A DNA stretch of 64,000 nt from an uncultured Candidatus Saccharibacteria bacterium (GTDB lineage: Bacteria; Patescibacteriota; Minisyncoccia; Portnoybacterales; UBA2143). The stretch is from positions 7,070 through 71,069 of the forward strand of contig CAYPQZ010000006.1 in the NCBI GenBank assembly GCA_964413015.1, in the 5' to 3' direction. Numbering within the stretch: the stretch's first letter is position 1; the number at the start of each line of letters is the position of its first letter. Below are positions 8,512 through 18,308 of this stretch, in pieces. The notes beneath the pieces were generated by a model. That model worked only from the letters and a program-made list of their open reading frames with translations. It had not been told where the DNA came from and made no database searches. A program made the position numbers and the translations under genes.

Positions 8512-10131
8512 ATGAGTAAAAAGAAAATTATTGTGATTTCCAGCACAGCCGTTATTGTAATAGGCGGTTATTTTTCTTTTCAGGGAATTTTTGGCAAGCC
8601 GGATAATGATTATTCGGTTTTCCCGGTTGCCAAAGGAGAAGTTATCCAAAATGTTTCGGTGACTGGCACGGTTATTCCGGCTAAACAGATTGACTTGCAG
8701 TTTGAGAATCAGGGCAAAATTAGCCGTATTGAAGCGCAGATTGGGGACGAAGTTCAAGCCGGAGATATTTTAGTCAGGTTAAACTTTTCTGAATTAAGCG
8801 CTCAGCTGCAGGCCAATTATGCCGCTTTGGATATTGCACAAGCCAAACTGGACCAGATTTTAGCCGGCAATCGCCCGGAAGATATCCAGGTTTATCGGAC
8901 CGCGGTCACTAATGCGGAAGTTGAAGTGAGTAACAAAGAACAGGCCTTGACTGACGTTCAAACCGACGCGGACAGCGATTTGAAAGAGGCCTATGAAGAC
9001 GCTTTAGATACTGTCAAAAGCGCCTATACCTCGGCCGATAAAGCGCTTTTAATCACTTTTGCCAGAATTAGGAGCGAATATTTCAACGGGAACAACCAGC
9101 TGGCTCTCAATGTTAAAAGCAAAGAAACTGCTGCTAAAAATGATTTGTCAGCAGCCAAAGAGTATTTAAAAGCGGCTGAAGTCGATTCTGTTTACAGCAA
9201 AATTGACCTGGCCTTGGATAAAATGGAGTCGGCCGTTACCAGCATTCGGAGCGCCTTGGCATATATCCGGTCCGCTATGGATGACCCCAGCGTTTCCAAC
9301 AGCGTTTCTTCTTCTGACGAGACCAGCATTGATAACGAAAGGACCAGCATTGACGATGAGTTAGTTAATCTGACTTCGGCCGAACAAACCATCAATTCAA
9401 TTCGGGTAACCAACCAGAACAATATCAATACCGCCCAGTCAAACCTGGATTCAGCTGAAACAGCTTTGGAAAAAGCTAAAAACGAATTAGCTTTGAGAGA
9501 AGCTGGGCCGCGCCAGTCCGATATTGATTTAGCCCAGGCTGAAGTTAATCAGGCCAGAGCCAATATTACCCAAGTTCAGGCGAGAATTAGCAAGACAATT
9601 TTGAGAGCTCCGGTGGCCGGCACGATTACCACGGTGGAGGGCGAGGAAGGTGAAATCGCTTCAGTCAATTCAACCATTGTTTCAATGATTAGCGCCGGTT
9701 CTTTCCAGATTGAAGCCAATGTTTCTGAAACTGAAGTGGCCAAGGTGGAACTGCAGGACCGGGTTGAAATGACTCTGGACGCCTTGGGGCCGGAAGAAAA
9801 ATTCGTCGGACAAATTATTAAAATTGACCCGGCTGAAACGGTTGTTTCCGGAGTTATCTATTACAAAGTGACTTCGGTTTTTGATTCAGAAGATTCCCGG
9901 ATAAAATCGGGCATGACCGTTAATTTGGACATCCAGACGGATAAACGGGAAAACGTTTTGTACTTGCCCTATTATCTAATCAAAGAAAGAAATGGCGACA
10001 AATACGTTTTAGTTCTGGAAAATGGCGAAGTTAAAGAAAGAACAATCGAAACGGGCATTGAGGGAGAAAACAGCGTAGAAATTACCCAAGGACTTTCAGA
10101 AGGAGAGGAAGTTATTATGGAGCAGGAGTAG
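8512..10131 (+). CDS. efflux periplasmic adaptor (HlyD/MacA/YknX-like membrane fusion protein)
   Basis: N-terminal TM, biotin-lipoyl-like motifs (GDEVQAGDILVRL), long coiled-coil, C-terminal beta domains. Upstream of an ABC ATPase and two FtsX permeases. Confidence 0.75.
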   Translation: MSKKKIIVISSTAVIVIGGYFSFQGIFGKPDNDYSVFPVAKGEVIQNVSVTGTVIPAKQIDLQFENQGKISRIEAQIGDEVQAGDILVRLNFSELSAQLQANYAALDIAQAKLDQILAGNRPEDIQVYRTAVTNAEVEVSNKEQALTDVQTDADSDLKEAYEDALDTVKSAYTSADKALLITFARIRSEYFNGNNQLALNVKSKETAAKNDLSAAKEYLKAAEVDSVYSKIDLALDKMESAVTSIRSALAYIRSAMDDPSVSNSVSSSDETSIDNERTSIDDELVNLTSAEQTINSIRVTNQNNINTAQSNLDSAETALEKAKNELALREAGPRQSDIDLAQAEVNQARANITQVQARISKTILRAPVAGTITTVEGEEGEIASVNSTIVSMISAGSFQIEANVSETEVAKVELQDRVEMTLDALGPEEKFVGQIIKIDPAETVVSGVIYYKVTSVFDSEDSRIKSGMTVNLDIQTDKRENVLYLPYYLIKERNGDKYVLVLENGEVKERTIETGIEGENSVEITQGLSEGEEVIMEQE

Positions 10132-10203
10132 TTAGGGGTAAAAGATAAATTTGAAAAATTTAAGAATTATCGTTAAGTCATCAAAGGATAACCGGCTTTC
10201 AAA

Positions 10204-10307
10204 AATTTAAGGATTGTCATTGAGAGTAGCGACCTTCCGCTGAAGGCGAAAAGTCATGCTCGTCTGTCTGTCTCTGGAGGGAAAGGATAATTCTTAAATT
10301 TTGACAA
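10204..10307 (+). repeat. family-B repeat copy B2
   Basis: aatttaaggattgtcattgagagtagcgacc...ggaaaggataattcttaaattttgacaa. Confidence 0.75.
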
Positions 10308-10316
10308 GTTCAAGCA

Positions 10317-10380
10317 GATAAGAACAGTCTTTAAAATAACGCCTTTGTGCTCAAGGGACATCATTTTAAGGACTGTCCTT
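10317..10380 (+). repeat. family-A ~62-nt hairpin repeat copy A1
   Basis: gataagaacagtctttaaaataacgcctttgtgctcaagggacatcattttaaggactgtcctt. Confidence 0.75.
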
Positions 10381-10411
10381 TAACTGCTCTAAAAGTCAGT
10401 ATCCGAAAAAC

Positions 10412-11128
10412 ATGCTTATTGAATTGAAAAATATTACCAAAGATTACGTAGATGAGGAGATAACTACCCGGGCTTTGCGCGGGGTTTCTTTTGGCATCAA
10501 CGAAGGTGAATTTGTGGCCGTTATGGGCTCTTCCGGCTCGGGTAAATCCACCTTGATGCACATTATCGGCTTTTTGGATAAAATGACCCAGGGCGAGTAC
10601 TTTTTTGACGGGGAGAATGCCAGCGATTTTGATGACCACAAACTGGCTGAAATTAGGAACCGGAAAATCGGCTTTGTTTTCCAGTCGTACAACCTTTTAG
10701 CCCGGACTTCGGTCTGGGACAATGTTTTACTGCCAACTCTTTACACACCCAGCTTAAACAAAAAGGAAACCGAAGAAAGAGCTCAGCATCTTTTAAAGAA
10801 ATTGGGCCTGATAGAAAGAACCAATCATCGGCCCAATCAGCTTTCCGGAGGCGAGCAGCAAAGGGTGGCGATTGCCCGGGCTTTAATTAACCAGCCGCGC
10901 TTAATTCTGGCGGATGAGCCGACCGGGAACCTGGACAGCAAATCAGGCCAGGAAGTCATGGAAGTTTTGCAGGATTTGAATGAAGAGGGAAATACCATTT
11001 TAATGGTGACCCACGAGAAATACGTGGCTGAATGCGCCCGCCGGATTTTGAATATGAAAGACGGTCTGATTGTCAGCGATTACCAGGTAGCCCACCAGCA
11101 TTTGGCTAAAAACGGATTGAAGAAGTAA
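10412..11128 (+). CDS. ABC transporter ATP-binding protein (MacB/LolD/YknY-type)
   Basis: Walker A GSSGSGKST, signature LSGGEQQRVAIARAL, Walker B ILADEPTGNLD. Confidence 0.85.
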   Translation: MLIELKNITKDYVDEEITTRALRGVSFGINEGEFVAVMGSSGSGKSTLMHIIGFLDKMTQGEYFFDGENASDFDDHKLAEIRNRKIGFVFQSYNLLARTSVWDNVLLPTLYTPSLNKKETEERAQHLLKKLGLIERTNHRPNQLSGGEQQRVAIARALINQPRLILADEPTGNLDSKSGQEVMEVLQDLNEEGNTILMVTHEKYVAECARRILNMKDGLIVSDYQVAHQHLAKNGLKK

Positions 11129-11195
11129 GGTTATGTGAAGATGAGTTAAAGACAGTTCAAAAATTGTTATTAAAAGCCATTAAAGTCATGGAAAC

Positions 11196-11300
11196 TTGTC
11201 AAAATTTAAGGAGTCGTCCTTTCCCTCCAGAGGCGGGCAGGCGGACACGCCCTTTGCCTTCGGCAAAGGGACGTGATCCTCAATGACAATCCTTAAATTT
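11196..11300 (-). repeat. family-B repeat copy B3 (reverse)
   Basis: ttgtcaaaatttaaggagtcgtcctttccctccagaggcgggcaggcggacacgccctttgccttcggcaaagggacgtgatcctcaatgacaatccttaaattt. Confidence 0.75.
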
Positions 11301-11348
11301 CTTAAAGGCTGTTCTTGTCATTATGACAATCCCCAGATTTTAAAAGAA

Positions 11349-12581
11349 ATGTATTTCTTAAATACCCTTAAATTAACCTTTCAGAATCTAGCTTTGAAGA
11401 AAAGCCGTTCTTTTTTAACCATGCTGGGCATTATTATCGGCGTAGGTGCAGTTATTTCAATTATGGCGATTGGCGCTAGTGCCCAGGCCTTGCTTTTGGC
11501 GCAGGTTAACGCCATGGGGACTAATTTAATCGGCATTTTGCCGGGCGCCTCCGATGAAATGGGCCCGCCCGCAGCCGTATTCGGCATAGAAGTAACCACT
11601 TTGAAATATGAAGACGCCTTAACTTTGGCAAAACTTCCCCATGTCTTAGCGGTCAATCCGTATATCACCGGGCAGGGAACCTTTAGCTATTTTAACCGGG
11701 CGGAAAACTATAACTATTCAGGAGTCGGGGCTGATTATCCTAATGTTGAAGACGCTTCAGTGGAGTTGGGGCGTTTTTTTAGACAGGATGAAGTTGACGG
11801 TTTGGACAGAGTAGTTGTTTTGGGAAGTGAAGTTAATGAGAAGTTTTTTGGAGAAGATAATCCAATAGGCAAGAGGATTAAGATAAATCAGGTGAGTTTT
11901 AAAGTTATCGGGGTAATGGAGCAAAGAGGCGTAGTTACTTTCCAGAATCAGGACGAACAGGTTTTTGTTCCAGTCAAAACCGCCCAGAAAATACTTTTGG
12001 GCGTTGACCATTTGGCTTTTATTCGTGCCAAAGTTGACCAGAGTGAAAACATTCCTGCAGTCATCAGCCGGATTAAAGACACTCTTCGTTTCCGGCATCA
12101 TATTAAAGATCCCAGAAAAGATGATTTTTCTGTCAGGAGTACCGAGCAGGCCTTGGATATTTTAGGCAGTATTACCCAGGCCTTGAAATTGTTTTTAGCC
12201 GCCGTAGCGGCTATTTCTTTGATTGTCGGCGGCATTGGGATTATGAACATTATGTTCGTAGTGGTTAATGAACGGACCCGGGAAATTGGCCTGCGCAAGG
12301 CCATAGGCGCTAAAAGAAAAGACATTTTAACCCAGTTTTTAATTGAAAGCGCCACCATGACTTTAATTGGGGGAATCATCGGAATTATTTTAGGAATTTT
12401 AATCTCTTTAATTGTTTCAATCGGCGTAAACTATTTCGGCTATGATTGGAAATTCATTATTACTCCTTTATCCGTTTTTGTTTCCACTTTAATGGCGGTC
12501 AGTGTTGGTCTGGCTTTTGGTTTATGGCCAGCTAATCGGGCTTCTAAATTGAATTCAATTGAGGCCTTGCGATACGAGTGA
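11349..12581 (+). CDS. ABC transporter permease (FtsX/MacB-type)
   Basis: The listed ORF begins at 11283 inside repeat B3. ATG 11349 (MYFLNTLKLTFQNLALKKSRSFLTMLGIIIG) matches the canonical MacB-permease N-terminus. MacB periplasmic domain plus FtsX C-terminal TMs. Confidence 0.8.
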   Translation: MYFLNTLKLTFQNLALKKSRSFLTMLGIIIGVGAVISIMAIGASAQALLLAQVNAMGTNLIGILPGASDEMGPPAAVFGIEVTTLKYEDALTLAKLPHVLAVNPYITGQGTFSYFNRAENYNYSGVGADYPNVEDASVELGRFFRQDEVDGLDRVVVLGSEVNEKFFGEDNPIGKRIKINQVSFKVIGVMEQRGVVTFQNQDEQVFVPVKTAQKILLGVDHLAFIRAKVDQSENIPAVISRIKDTLRFRHHIKDPRKDDFSVRSTEQALDILGSITQALKLFLAAVAAISLIVGGIGIMNIMFVVVNERTREIGLRKAIGAKRKDILTQFLIESATMTLIGGIIGIILGILISLIVSIGVNYFGYDWKFIITPLSVFVSTLMAVSVGLAFGLWPANRASKLNSIEALRYE

Positions 12582-12588
12582 TGTGTCT

Positions 12589-12660
12589 GTGTCGGCTTTC
12601 GCATAGCCGACTAGTAAGTCGGCTATGCGAAAGCCGACACACTATGCGAAAGCCGACACA
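12589..12660. repeat. family-C palindromic units GTGTCGGCT-TTCGCAT-AGCCGACAC, 2.5 tandem/inverted copies
   Basis: Seen directly between the two permease genes. A single copy also lies at 738-763. Confidence 0.7.
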
Positions 12661-12667
12661 TTAGATT

Positions 12668-13927
12668 ATGAATCCTCTTTCTATAATTAAACAATCTCTG
12701 ATTGCTTTAAAAGCCAATAAATTGCGGAGTTCTTTTTCTATTTTAGGAATTGTTATTGGCGTGGCCGCGGTGGTGATTATTCTTTCAATGGGACAGGGAT
12801 TGAAAGGGCTAGTTACCAATGAAATTGAAGCCTTTGGCCCGAATATTCTAGATATTGCCGTTAAAATTCCCGGTTCTGACCAGATTAGCACGGTTGTTTC
12901 AATGGTCCAAGGAGTTAAAATTACCACTCTGAAAGTCAAAGACGTTAAGGCCTTGCAAGACAAAGACCGCTTTCCGTATATTGAAGCTGTTAGCGGGCAG
13001 GCGATTGCCCAGGAATGGACTACTTACGGCGGAGAAGAAAAACTGTCTTTAATTTACGGATGCAGTCCTGATTATCCTTTAGTTATGAGAATGTCTAAAA
13101 TAGGCCAAGGGCGGTTTTTCACCCTAGGCGAAGATGACGGTTTGTCCAAAGTGGTGGTTTTAGGAAGCGGGATTGCCGAGGATTTCTTTAAAAAAGAAGA
13201 TCCTTTAGGGAAAAAAATAAAGGTCAAAGGTCAGAATTTCAAAGTGGTTGGAGTCTTTGAACCGCAGGGCGGAGCGATCTTTGGCGGGATTGACATTAAC
13301 GACTTTTTATACATTCCCTTACAAACCGCCCTAAAGGAATTTTTAGGGATTGACTATTTATCGGAAATAGTGGTGACGATTGCTGACGAAAAATACTCGG
13401 CGCAGGCGATTGAGGAAATCTCCCGGATGCTCCGAAAACATCACAATATCCAGAATCCGGCCAAAGACGATTTCCAGATTACAACCATGGAAGAGATTCT
13501 GGAACAGGTCAATGAAATCAGCGTTATTCTAAACCTCTTGCTGGGATTTTTAGCCGCCATTTCCTTGTTAGTTGGCGGCATTGGGATTATGAATATTATG
13601 CTGGTTTCAGTGAGCGAGCGGACTCGGGAAGTCGGTTTGCGCAAATCATTGGGAGCGACCCAGCGGGATATTCTTTGGCAATTTTTGATTGAGAGCTTGG
13701 TAATTACCAGCTTAGGCGGCTTTATCGGAATTTTCTTTGGAATCGTTGTTTCCTTAATGGTTGGATTCGGAGTCCAGTATCAGGGGTTAAACTGGCCTTT
13801 GACCATTTCCTGGCTGGCGGTAATTGTTGCTTTTTTGGTATCAATGGCCATCGGGCTGATTTTCGGCATTTACCCGGCCCGCAAGGCCTCCAAACTCAAC
13901 CCAATAGAAGCCATGCGGAAGGAGTAG
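12668..13927 (+). CDS. ABC transporter permease (second FtsX/MacB-type)
   Basis: Paralogous to 11349-12581: ...KLRSSFSILGIVIGVAAVV..., C-terminal FtsX TMs. Confidence 0.8.
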   Translation: MNPLSIIKQSLIALKANKLRSSFSILGIVIGVAAVVIILSMGQGLKGLVTNEIEAFGPNILDIAVKIPGSDQISTVVSMVQGVKITTLKVKDVKALQDKDRFPYIEAVSGQAIAQEWTTYGGEEKLSLIYGCSPDYPLVMRMSKIGQGRFFTLGEDDGLSKVVVLGSGIAEDFFKKEDPLGKKIKVKGQNFKVVGVFEPQGGAIFGGIDINDFLYIPLQTALKEFLGIDYLSEIVVTIADEKYSAQAIEEISRMLRKHHNIQNPAKDDFQITTMEEILEQVNEISVILNLLLGFLAAISLLVGGIGIMNIMLVSVSERTREVGLRKSLGATQRDILWQFLIESLVITSLGGFIGIFFGIVVSLMVGFGVQYQGLNWPLTISWLAVIVAFLVSMAIGLIFGIYPARKASKLNPIEAMRKE

Positions 13928-14033
13928 ACAAAAAGGGGAAGAATGTGTAAAATTTAGATAGGATACATAGAGGGCAGTTAAAAAATTTAAGGATTGTCAT
14001 TTAATGCTTAGCTGTGTCCTTTAAACTAAACAT

Positions 14034-15998
14034 ATGTCAACACAAATATATTTTATTCTATCAGCTTCGGTTATTGCTCTTGTCTTTGCCTCAATCCTGG
14101 CTTGGCGGATTAAAAAGCAAGCGGTTGTTTCTAAAAAAGCCGGTCAGATAAGCCAAGTAATCAGAGAAGGGGCGATGACTTTTTTAAATCGGGAATACCG
14201 GATTCTGTTCGTTTTTGTGGTTGTAATTACCGGACTCCTTTACTATTTTCTTAATCCTAAAACAGCGATTGCTTTTGTTGCCGGAGCTTTTTTAAGCGCT
14301 TTGGCCGGACAGATTGGAATGCGGGTGGCGGTTTTGGCCAATATCCGGACTGCGGAAAAACTGAATCAGGATTTTAAATCCGGACTAAACGTCGCCTTTA
14401 ACAGCGGCAGTGTAATGGCGATGAGCGTGGTTGGCTTGGGTCTTTTAGGAGTTACTGCTCTTTACCTAATTTTTAAAGACCCGGTCATTATTTACGGCTT
14501 TGGGTTTGGCGCTTCTTCAGTAGCGTTGTTTGCCCGGGTAGGCGGCGGCATTTATACCAAAGCGGCTGACGTGGGAGCGGATTTAGTCGGCAAAGTAGAG
14601 CAGGGAATTCCTGAAGATGACCCTCGTAATCCGGCCACCATTGCCGACAATGTCGGCGACAATGTCGGTGATGTAGCCGGCATGGGAGCGGATTTGTTCG
14701 AAAGCTACGTGGATAGCATTATCGCCGCTATGGTAATCGGCTCAATTGTAGCTGTTGGAGAACGAGGGATTTTACTGCCTTTAGTTTTAGCCGGTGCCGG
14801 CATTTTAGTAAGTTTAATCAGCAATCTTTTTGTAAAACTGGGTTCAGTCCAGTCCGGTTCAGGTCATAAAGCTTTAAACCGGGGCATCTGGGCGGCTACC
14901 CTTTTAATGGCAGTCAGCGCCTTTGGGCTGATTAAGTATCTTGGTTTTGGAATTAATATTTTTTACGCCTTTTTATCTGGACTTTTAGCCGGCTTAATTA
15001 TTGGCCTGGCGACCGAATATTTTACTTCCGACAAATATTCTTTGACTCAACGGGTTGCTAAAGCGGCCCAAACCGGAGCCGGAACCAATATCATTGCCGG
15101 ATTTGCTTTGGGGCTTTTAAGCACGGCGATTCCGGTTTTGGCAATTTCAGCGGTCATTTTCTTGGCTTACCAATGGAGCCAGTTGTTCGGAATTGCTATT
15201 GCGGCAGTCGGCATGCTTTCCACCTTGGGAATGACTCTAGCGGCCGATACTTTTGGCCCGGTAGTGGATAATGCGGCCGGAATTGCCGAGATGTCCGAAA
15301 TGGGCGAGAACACCAGGAAAAGAGCCGAGGATTTGGACGCAGTTGGCAACACTACGGCTGCGATTGGCAAGGGCTTTGCTATTGGGGCGGCCGCTTTAAC
15401 GGCTTTAGTTTTAATGGTTAGCTACGGGCAGGCGGTTAATTTGCCTTTTATTGATATTTTGAACTACCGGGTGATTATCGGGCTTTTCTTGGGCGGATTA
15501 ATGCCTTTCCTGTTTTCTTCTTTTGCTTTGCAGGCGGTTGGCCGGGCGGCCATGTCTATGGTTAAAGAAGTCCGCCGCCAGTTCAGGACAATCAAGGGAA
15601 TTATGCAGGGCAAGGCCGAGCCGGATTACAAGAAGTGTGTGGATATAAGTACACGGGCGGCTTTGAAAGAAATGATTTTGCCGAGCGTTTTGTGCATTTT
15701 GGCGCCGGTTTTAGTCGGGTTCCTTTTAGGTCCGGCCGCTTTAGCCGGTTTGTTGGCTGGTTCTATTGTGGCTGGGTTTTTGTTAGCTATTACTATGTCT
15801 AATTCCGGCGGGATTTGGGATAACGCTAAAAAATATATTGAAGCAGGTAATTTGGACGGCAAGGGTTCGGAAACGCATAAAGCGGCTGTAGTCGGGGATA
15901 CGGTCGGCGACCCCTTCAAAGATACCGCCGGTCCTTCATTAAATATTCTGTTGAAATTAATGGCGATAGTCGCTTTGATAATCGCCCCGTTATTATAG
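14034..15998 (+). CDS. hppA: K+-insensitive/H+(Na+)-translocating membrane pyrophosphatase
   Basis: [29 protein letters not shown], about 15 TM segments. Confidence 0.9.
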   Translation: MSTQIYFILSASVIALVFASILAWRIKKQAVVSKKAGQISQVIREGAMTFLNREYRILFVFVVVITGLLYYFLNPKTAIAFVAGAFLSALAGQIGMRVAVLANIRTAEKLNQDFKSGLNVAFNSGSVMAMSVVGLGLLGVTALYLIFKDPVIIYGFGFGASSVALFARVGGGIYTKAADVGADLVGKVEQGIPEDDPRNPATIADNVGDNVGDVAGMGADLFESYVDSIIAAMVIGSIVAVGERGILLPLVLAGAGILVSLISNLFVKLGSVQSGSGHKALNRGIWAATLLMAVSAFGLIKYLGFGINIFYAFLSGLLAGLIIGLATEYFTSDKYSLTQRVAKAAQTGAGTNIIAGFALGLLSTAIPVLAISAVIFLAYQWSQLFGIAIAAVGMLSTLGMTLAADTFGPVVDNAAGIAEMSEMGENTRKRAEDLDAVGNTTAAIGKGFAIGAAALTALVLMVSYGQAVNLPFIDILNYRVIIGLFLGGLMPFLFSSFALQAVGRAAMSMVKEVRRQFRTIKGIMQGKAEPDYKKCVDISTRAALKEMILPSVLCILAPVLVGFLLGPAALAGLLAGSIVAGFLLAITMSNSGGIWDNAKKYIEAGNLDGKGSETHKAAVVGDTVGDPFKDTAGPSLNILLKLMAIVALIIAPLL

Positions 15999-16017
15999 AA
16001 GATTTGTTCATCCCCTC

Positions 16018-16046
16018 TTGACAGCTATTTGTTATGGGTATATACT
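16018..16046 (+). promoter_or_regulatory. sigma70-like promoter candidate (TTGACA, 17-nt spacer, TATACT) upstream of the DUF5320/NifX-like genes
   Basis: Read directly from sequence; it lies about 80 nt upstream of ATG 16129. Confidence 0.4.
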
Positions 16047-16128
16047 CATAAAGAGTATTACTAAAAACAGATGGCTGTTTCCTTTTAAAAGTCGCGGCTG
16101 TCTGGTAAAATAGAAAGGAGAATTAATT

Positions 16129-16401
16129 ATGCCTAATTTTAATGGAACAGGTCCTCGGGGACAAGGTCCAATGACTGGACGGGGAATGGGTAATTGCGCG
16201 CCGAATGGACAAACTCGGACGCCCGGTTACGGCCGCGGTTTTGGCCGTGGTCTTGGCTTTGGACGTGGCTGGGGATGGCCTGGCTATCGGGCACCCAGCG
16301 CCAAGGAAGAAAAGGAAATGTTGAATGAAGACCTCCAGGGGTTGAAGCATGAAATGGAAGGGGTGCAGTCCCGCCTTGAGGAGCTGAAAAATAAAAAGTA
16401 A
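16129..16401 (+). CDS. DUF5320-family small Gly/Arg-rich protein
   Basis: MPNFNGTGPRGQGPMTGRGMGNCAPNG...GYGRGFGRGLGFGRGWG with a C-terminal coiled-coil. This family classically sits beside NifX-like genes. Confidence 0.6.
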   Translation: MPNFNGTGPRGQGPMTGRGMGNCAPNGQTRTPGYGRGFGRGLGFGRGWGWPGYRAPSAKEEKEMLNEDLQGLKHEMEGVQSRLEELKNKK

Positions 16402-16409
16402 ATAACAAT

Positions 16410-16826
16410 ATGAAGATTTGTTTAAGTGTGAGTTCGCCTAGCTTAGATTCTTTAATAGATCCGAGGTTCGGACGAGCGCCCTATTTTCTTATCACTAATG
16501 AAAGAGGGGAAAAGGTGGAGACGATTCAGAATACCGGAGTGGATGCCATGGGAGGAGCCGGCGTTACGGCCGCCCAATTGGTTGTTTCTGCCGGCGCTCA
16601 AGTAGTCATTACTGGAAATCTCGGTCCGCGGGCTTTCGATGTTTTAGAAGCATCTGGGATAAAGATAATTGTTGGCATTTCCGGAATTTCGGCTAAAGAG
16701 ACCTTGGAAAAGTATCAGAAAGGCGATTTAGAAGAAATTGCCCGGCCGAGCGTGTCCGACCACTTTGGCGTAGGCCGGAGATTTGGCGGCGGCGGCCAAG
16801 GCAGAAGACAGGGCCAAGGCAGATAA
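16410..16826 (+). CDS. NifX/NifB-family (dinitrogenase FeMo-cofactor-binding fold) protein
   Basis: DPRFGRAPYFLI...GAQVVITGNLGPRAFDVLEASGIKI; Gly/Arg-rich tail. Confidence 0.75.
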   Translation: MKICLSVSSPSLDSLIDPRFGRAPYFLITNERGEKVETIQNTGVDAMGGAGVTAAQLVVSAGAQVVITGNLGPRAFDVLEASGIKIIVGISGISAKETLEKYQKGDLEEIARPSVSDHFGVGRRFGGGGQGRRQGQGR

Positions 16827-16866
16827 AGGACATTATTGAAAGTATTGAAGAACTGTCTTTAAGGAA

Positions 16867-16970
16867 ATTTAAGGATTGTCATTGAGAGTAGCGACCTTAC
16901 GCCGAAGGCGGAAAGTCGCGCTCGCCTGTCCGCCTCTGGAGGGAAAGGACGATTCCTTAAATTTTGACAA
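16867..16970 (+). repeat. family-B repeat copy B4
   Basis: aatttaaggattgtcattgagagtagcgaccttacgccgaaggcgg...ggaaaggacgattccttaaattttgacaa. Confidence 0.75.
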
Positions 16971-16982
16971 AGGCAACCCGAT

Positions 16983-17044
16983 AAGAACAGTCTTTAAAAT
17001 GACGCCCTTGTGCTCAAGGGACATCATTTTAAGGACTGTCCTTA
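16983..17044 (+). repeat. family-A hairpin copy A2
   Basis: aagaacagtctttaaaatgacgcccttgtgctcaagggacatcattttaaggactgtcctt. Confidence 0.75.
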
Positions 17045-17069
17045 TCGGAGGATTACCCTCTATGTACAT

Positions 17070-18308
17070 ATGAACCAAGTCTTTCAAAAAGGCCGACGAG
17101 CTACCATAATCTCCGCTTTGTTAACTGTCCTCTTGGCGGTAATCAAAGGAATTGTCGGACTTATTTCCGGAAGCGTTGTTTTGTTAGGCGACGCGGTGCA
17201 CAGTGCGGCTGATTCGCTTTCTAGCTTTGCCGCCTGGTTTGGCCTTAAAATTTCACAAAAAAAGCCCACCCAGAAGTTTTCTTACGGGTATTACAAGGCG
17301 GAAAATCTGACCGCTTTTTTGATTTCCGGTCTGATTATTCTGGCCGGCTTGCTGATTGCCAGGGAAAGCGTTGCCAAGTTCACGGTGGTTTCCCAGTTGA
17401 ATATCCCTTTGATTGCCGTGGGAGCGGCTGTGGTTGACGCTTTGGTTATGTTCACCATCGGCTCTTATGAAATGAAAATCGGCCGTAAAATAAATTCGCA
17501 GAGCTTAATTGCCGATGGCCGGGAATCGCGCCTGCATCTGCTTTCTTCGTCGTTGGTTTTAATCGGCTTACTGGCCGGCTGGATGAAAATCCCGTATTTA
17601 GAAGGAATTATGGGTTTGTTGATTTCGCTTTTTATTTTCCAGGCCGGCTTTAGCTCGGCTAAAGATTCGGTTTTTGCTTTAATGGATGTTTCTCCGGAAA
17701 AAGAAAAAGAAGACCGGGTTAAGAAAGTTTTAGGCAATATTCCCGGGGTTAGAAGTTTTGAAGGATTGAAATTAAGAAAATCCGGCCCCCTTATTTTCGG
17801 CGAAGTTAAAGTAAACGTTGGCCGGAGTTTAGACGTTAAAAAAGTCCAGGAAATCTCGGAGAAAATTGAACAGGAGATTAAAAAGAAAGTTAAATCAATC
17901 GATTCTTTCACAGTAATGGCCTCTTCTTTTAAGGCCGAAAAACAGAAAATCTGTCTGCCGATTGAAGAAGATAAAGGGCTGGATTCCTTAATGTTCAGCC
18001 ATTTTGGACGGGCTAAAAAGTTCATCTTTATCAATTTGGAAAAGAGCCAAATTAAGGATTATTACGTCAAAGACAACCCCTACCAAGGAAAAGAAGTTCG
18101 GGCCGGATTGAATACCGCTTTGCTGGTGGTTAAGGAAAAAGTTGATTCAGTAATTACCTGGGAAATTGGGCCAATTTCTCTGCATACTTTGAGAGACGAT
18201 CTAATTGAAGTTTATTCAGCTTCCGGCGGTTCGGTTAAGGAAATAGCTAAAAAATTTGCTCAGCAGAGTTTAAAACCCTTAAAAGAGCCGACTAAAGAAA
18301 AATTATGA
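17070..18308 (+). CDS. cation diffusion facilitator (CDF) transporter with a C-terminal NifX/NifB-like domain
   Basis: The listed ORF starts at 17010 inside repeat A2; ATG 17070 is likely. 6 TM with a CDF signature (HSAADSLSS...). The C-terminal ~110 aa (KICLPIEEDKGLDSLMFSHFGRAKKFIFINL...) resemble 16410-16826. Confidence 0.7.
   Translation: MNQVFQKGRRATIISALLTVLLAVIKGIVGLISGSVVLLGDAVHSAADSLSSFAAWFGLKISQKKPTQKFSYGYYKAENLTAFLISGLIILAGLLIARESVAKFTVVSQLNIPLIAVGAAVVDALVMFTIGSYEMKIGRKINSQSLIADGRESRLHLLSSSLVLIGLLAGWMKIPYLEGIMGLLISLFIFQAGFSSAKDSVFALMDVSPEKEKEDRVKKVLGNIPGVRSFEGLKLRKSGPLIFGEVKVNVGRSLDVKKVQEISEKIEQEIKKKVKSIDSFTVMASSFKAEKQKICLPIEEDKGLDSLMFSHFGRAKKFIFINLEKSQIKDYYVKDNPYQGKEVRAGLNTALLVVKEKVDSVITWEIGPISLHTLRDDLIEVYSASGGSVKEIAKKFAQQSLKPLKEPTKEKL

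Noticed and set aside
16123-16408. Two minus-strand ORFs antisense to the DUF5320 gene
   Set aside because: GC-rich Gly/Arg codons create open antisense frames. The + strand gene has the promoter, the RBS and the family match.
16869-17087. ORFs 16869-17087(-) and 16876-17073(+), and the first 60 nt of the listed 17010 ORF
   Set aside because: They lie entirely within family-B/family-A repeat copies, which recur at other loci in non-coding context.
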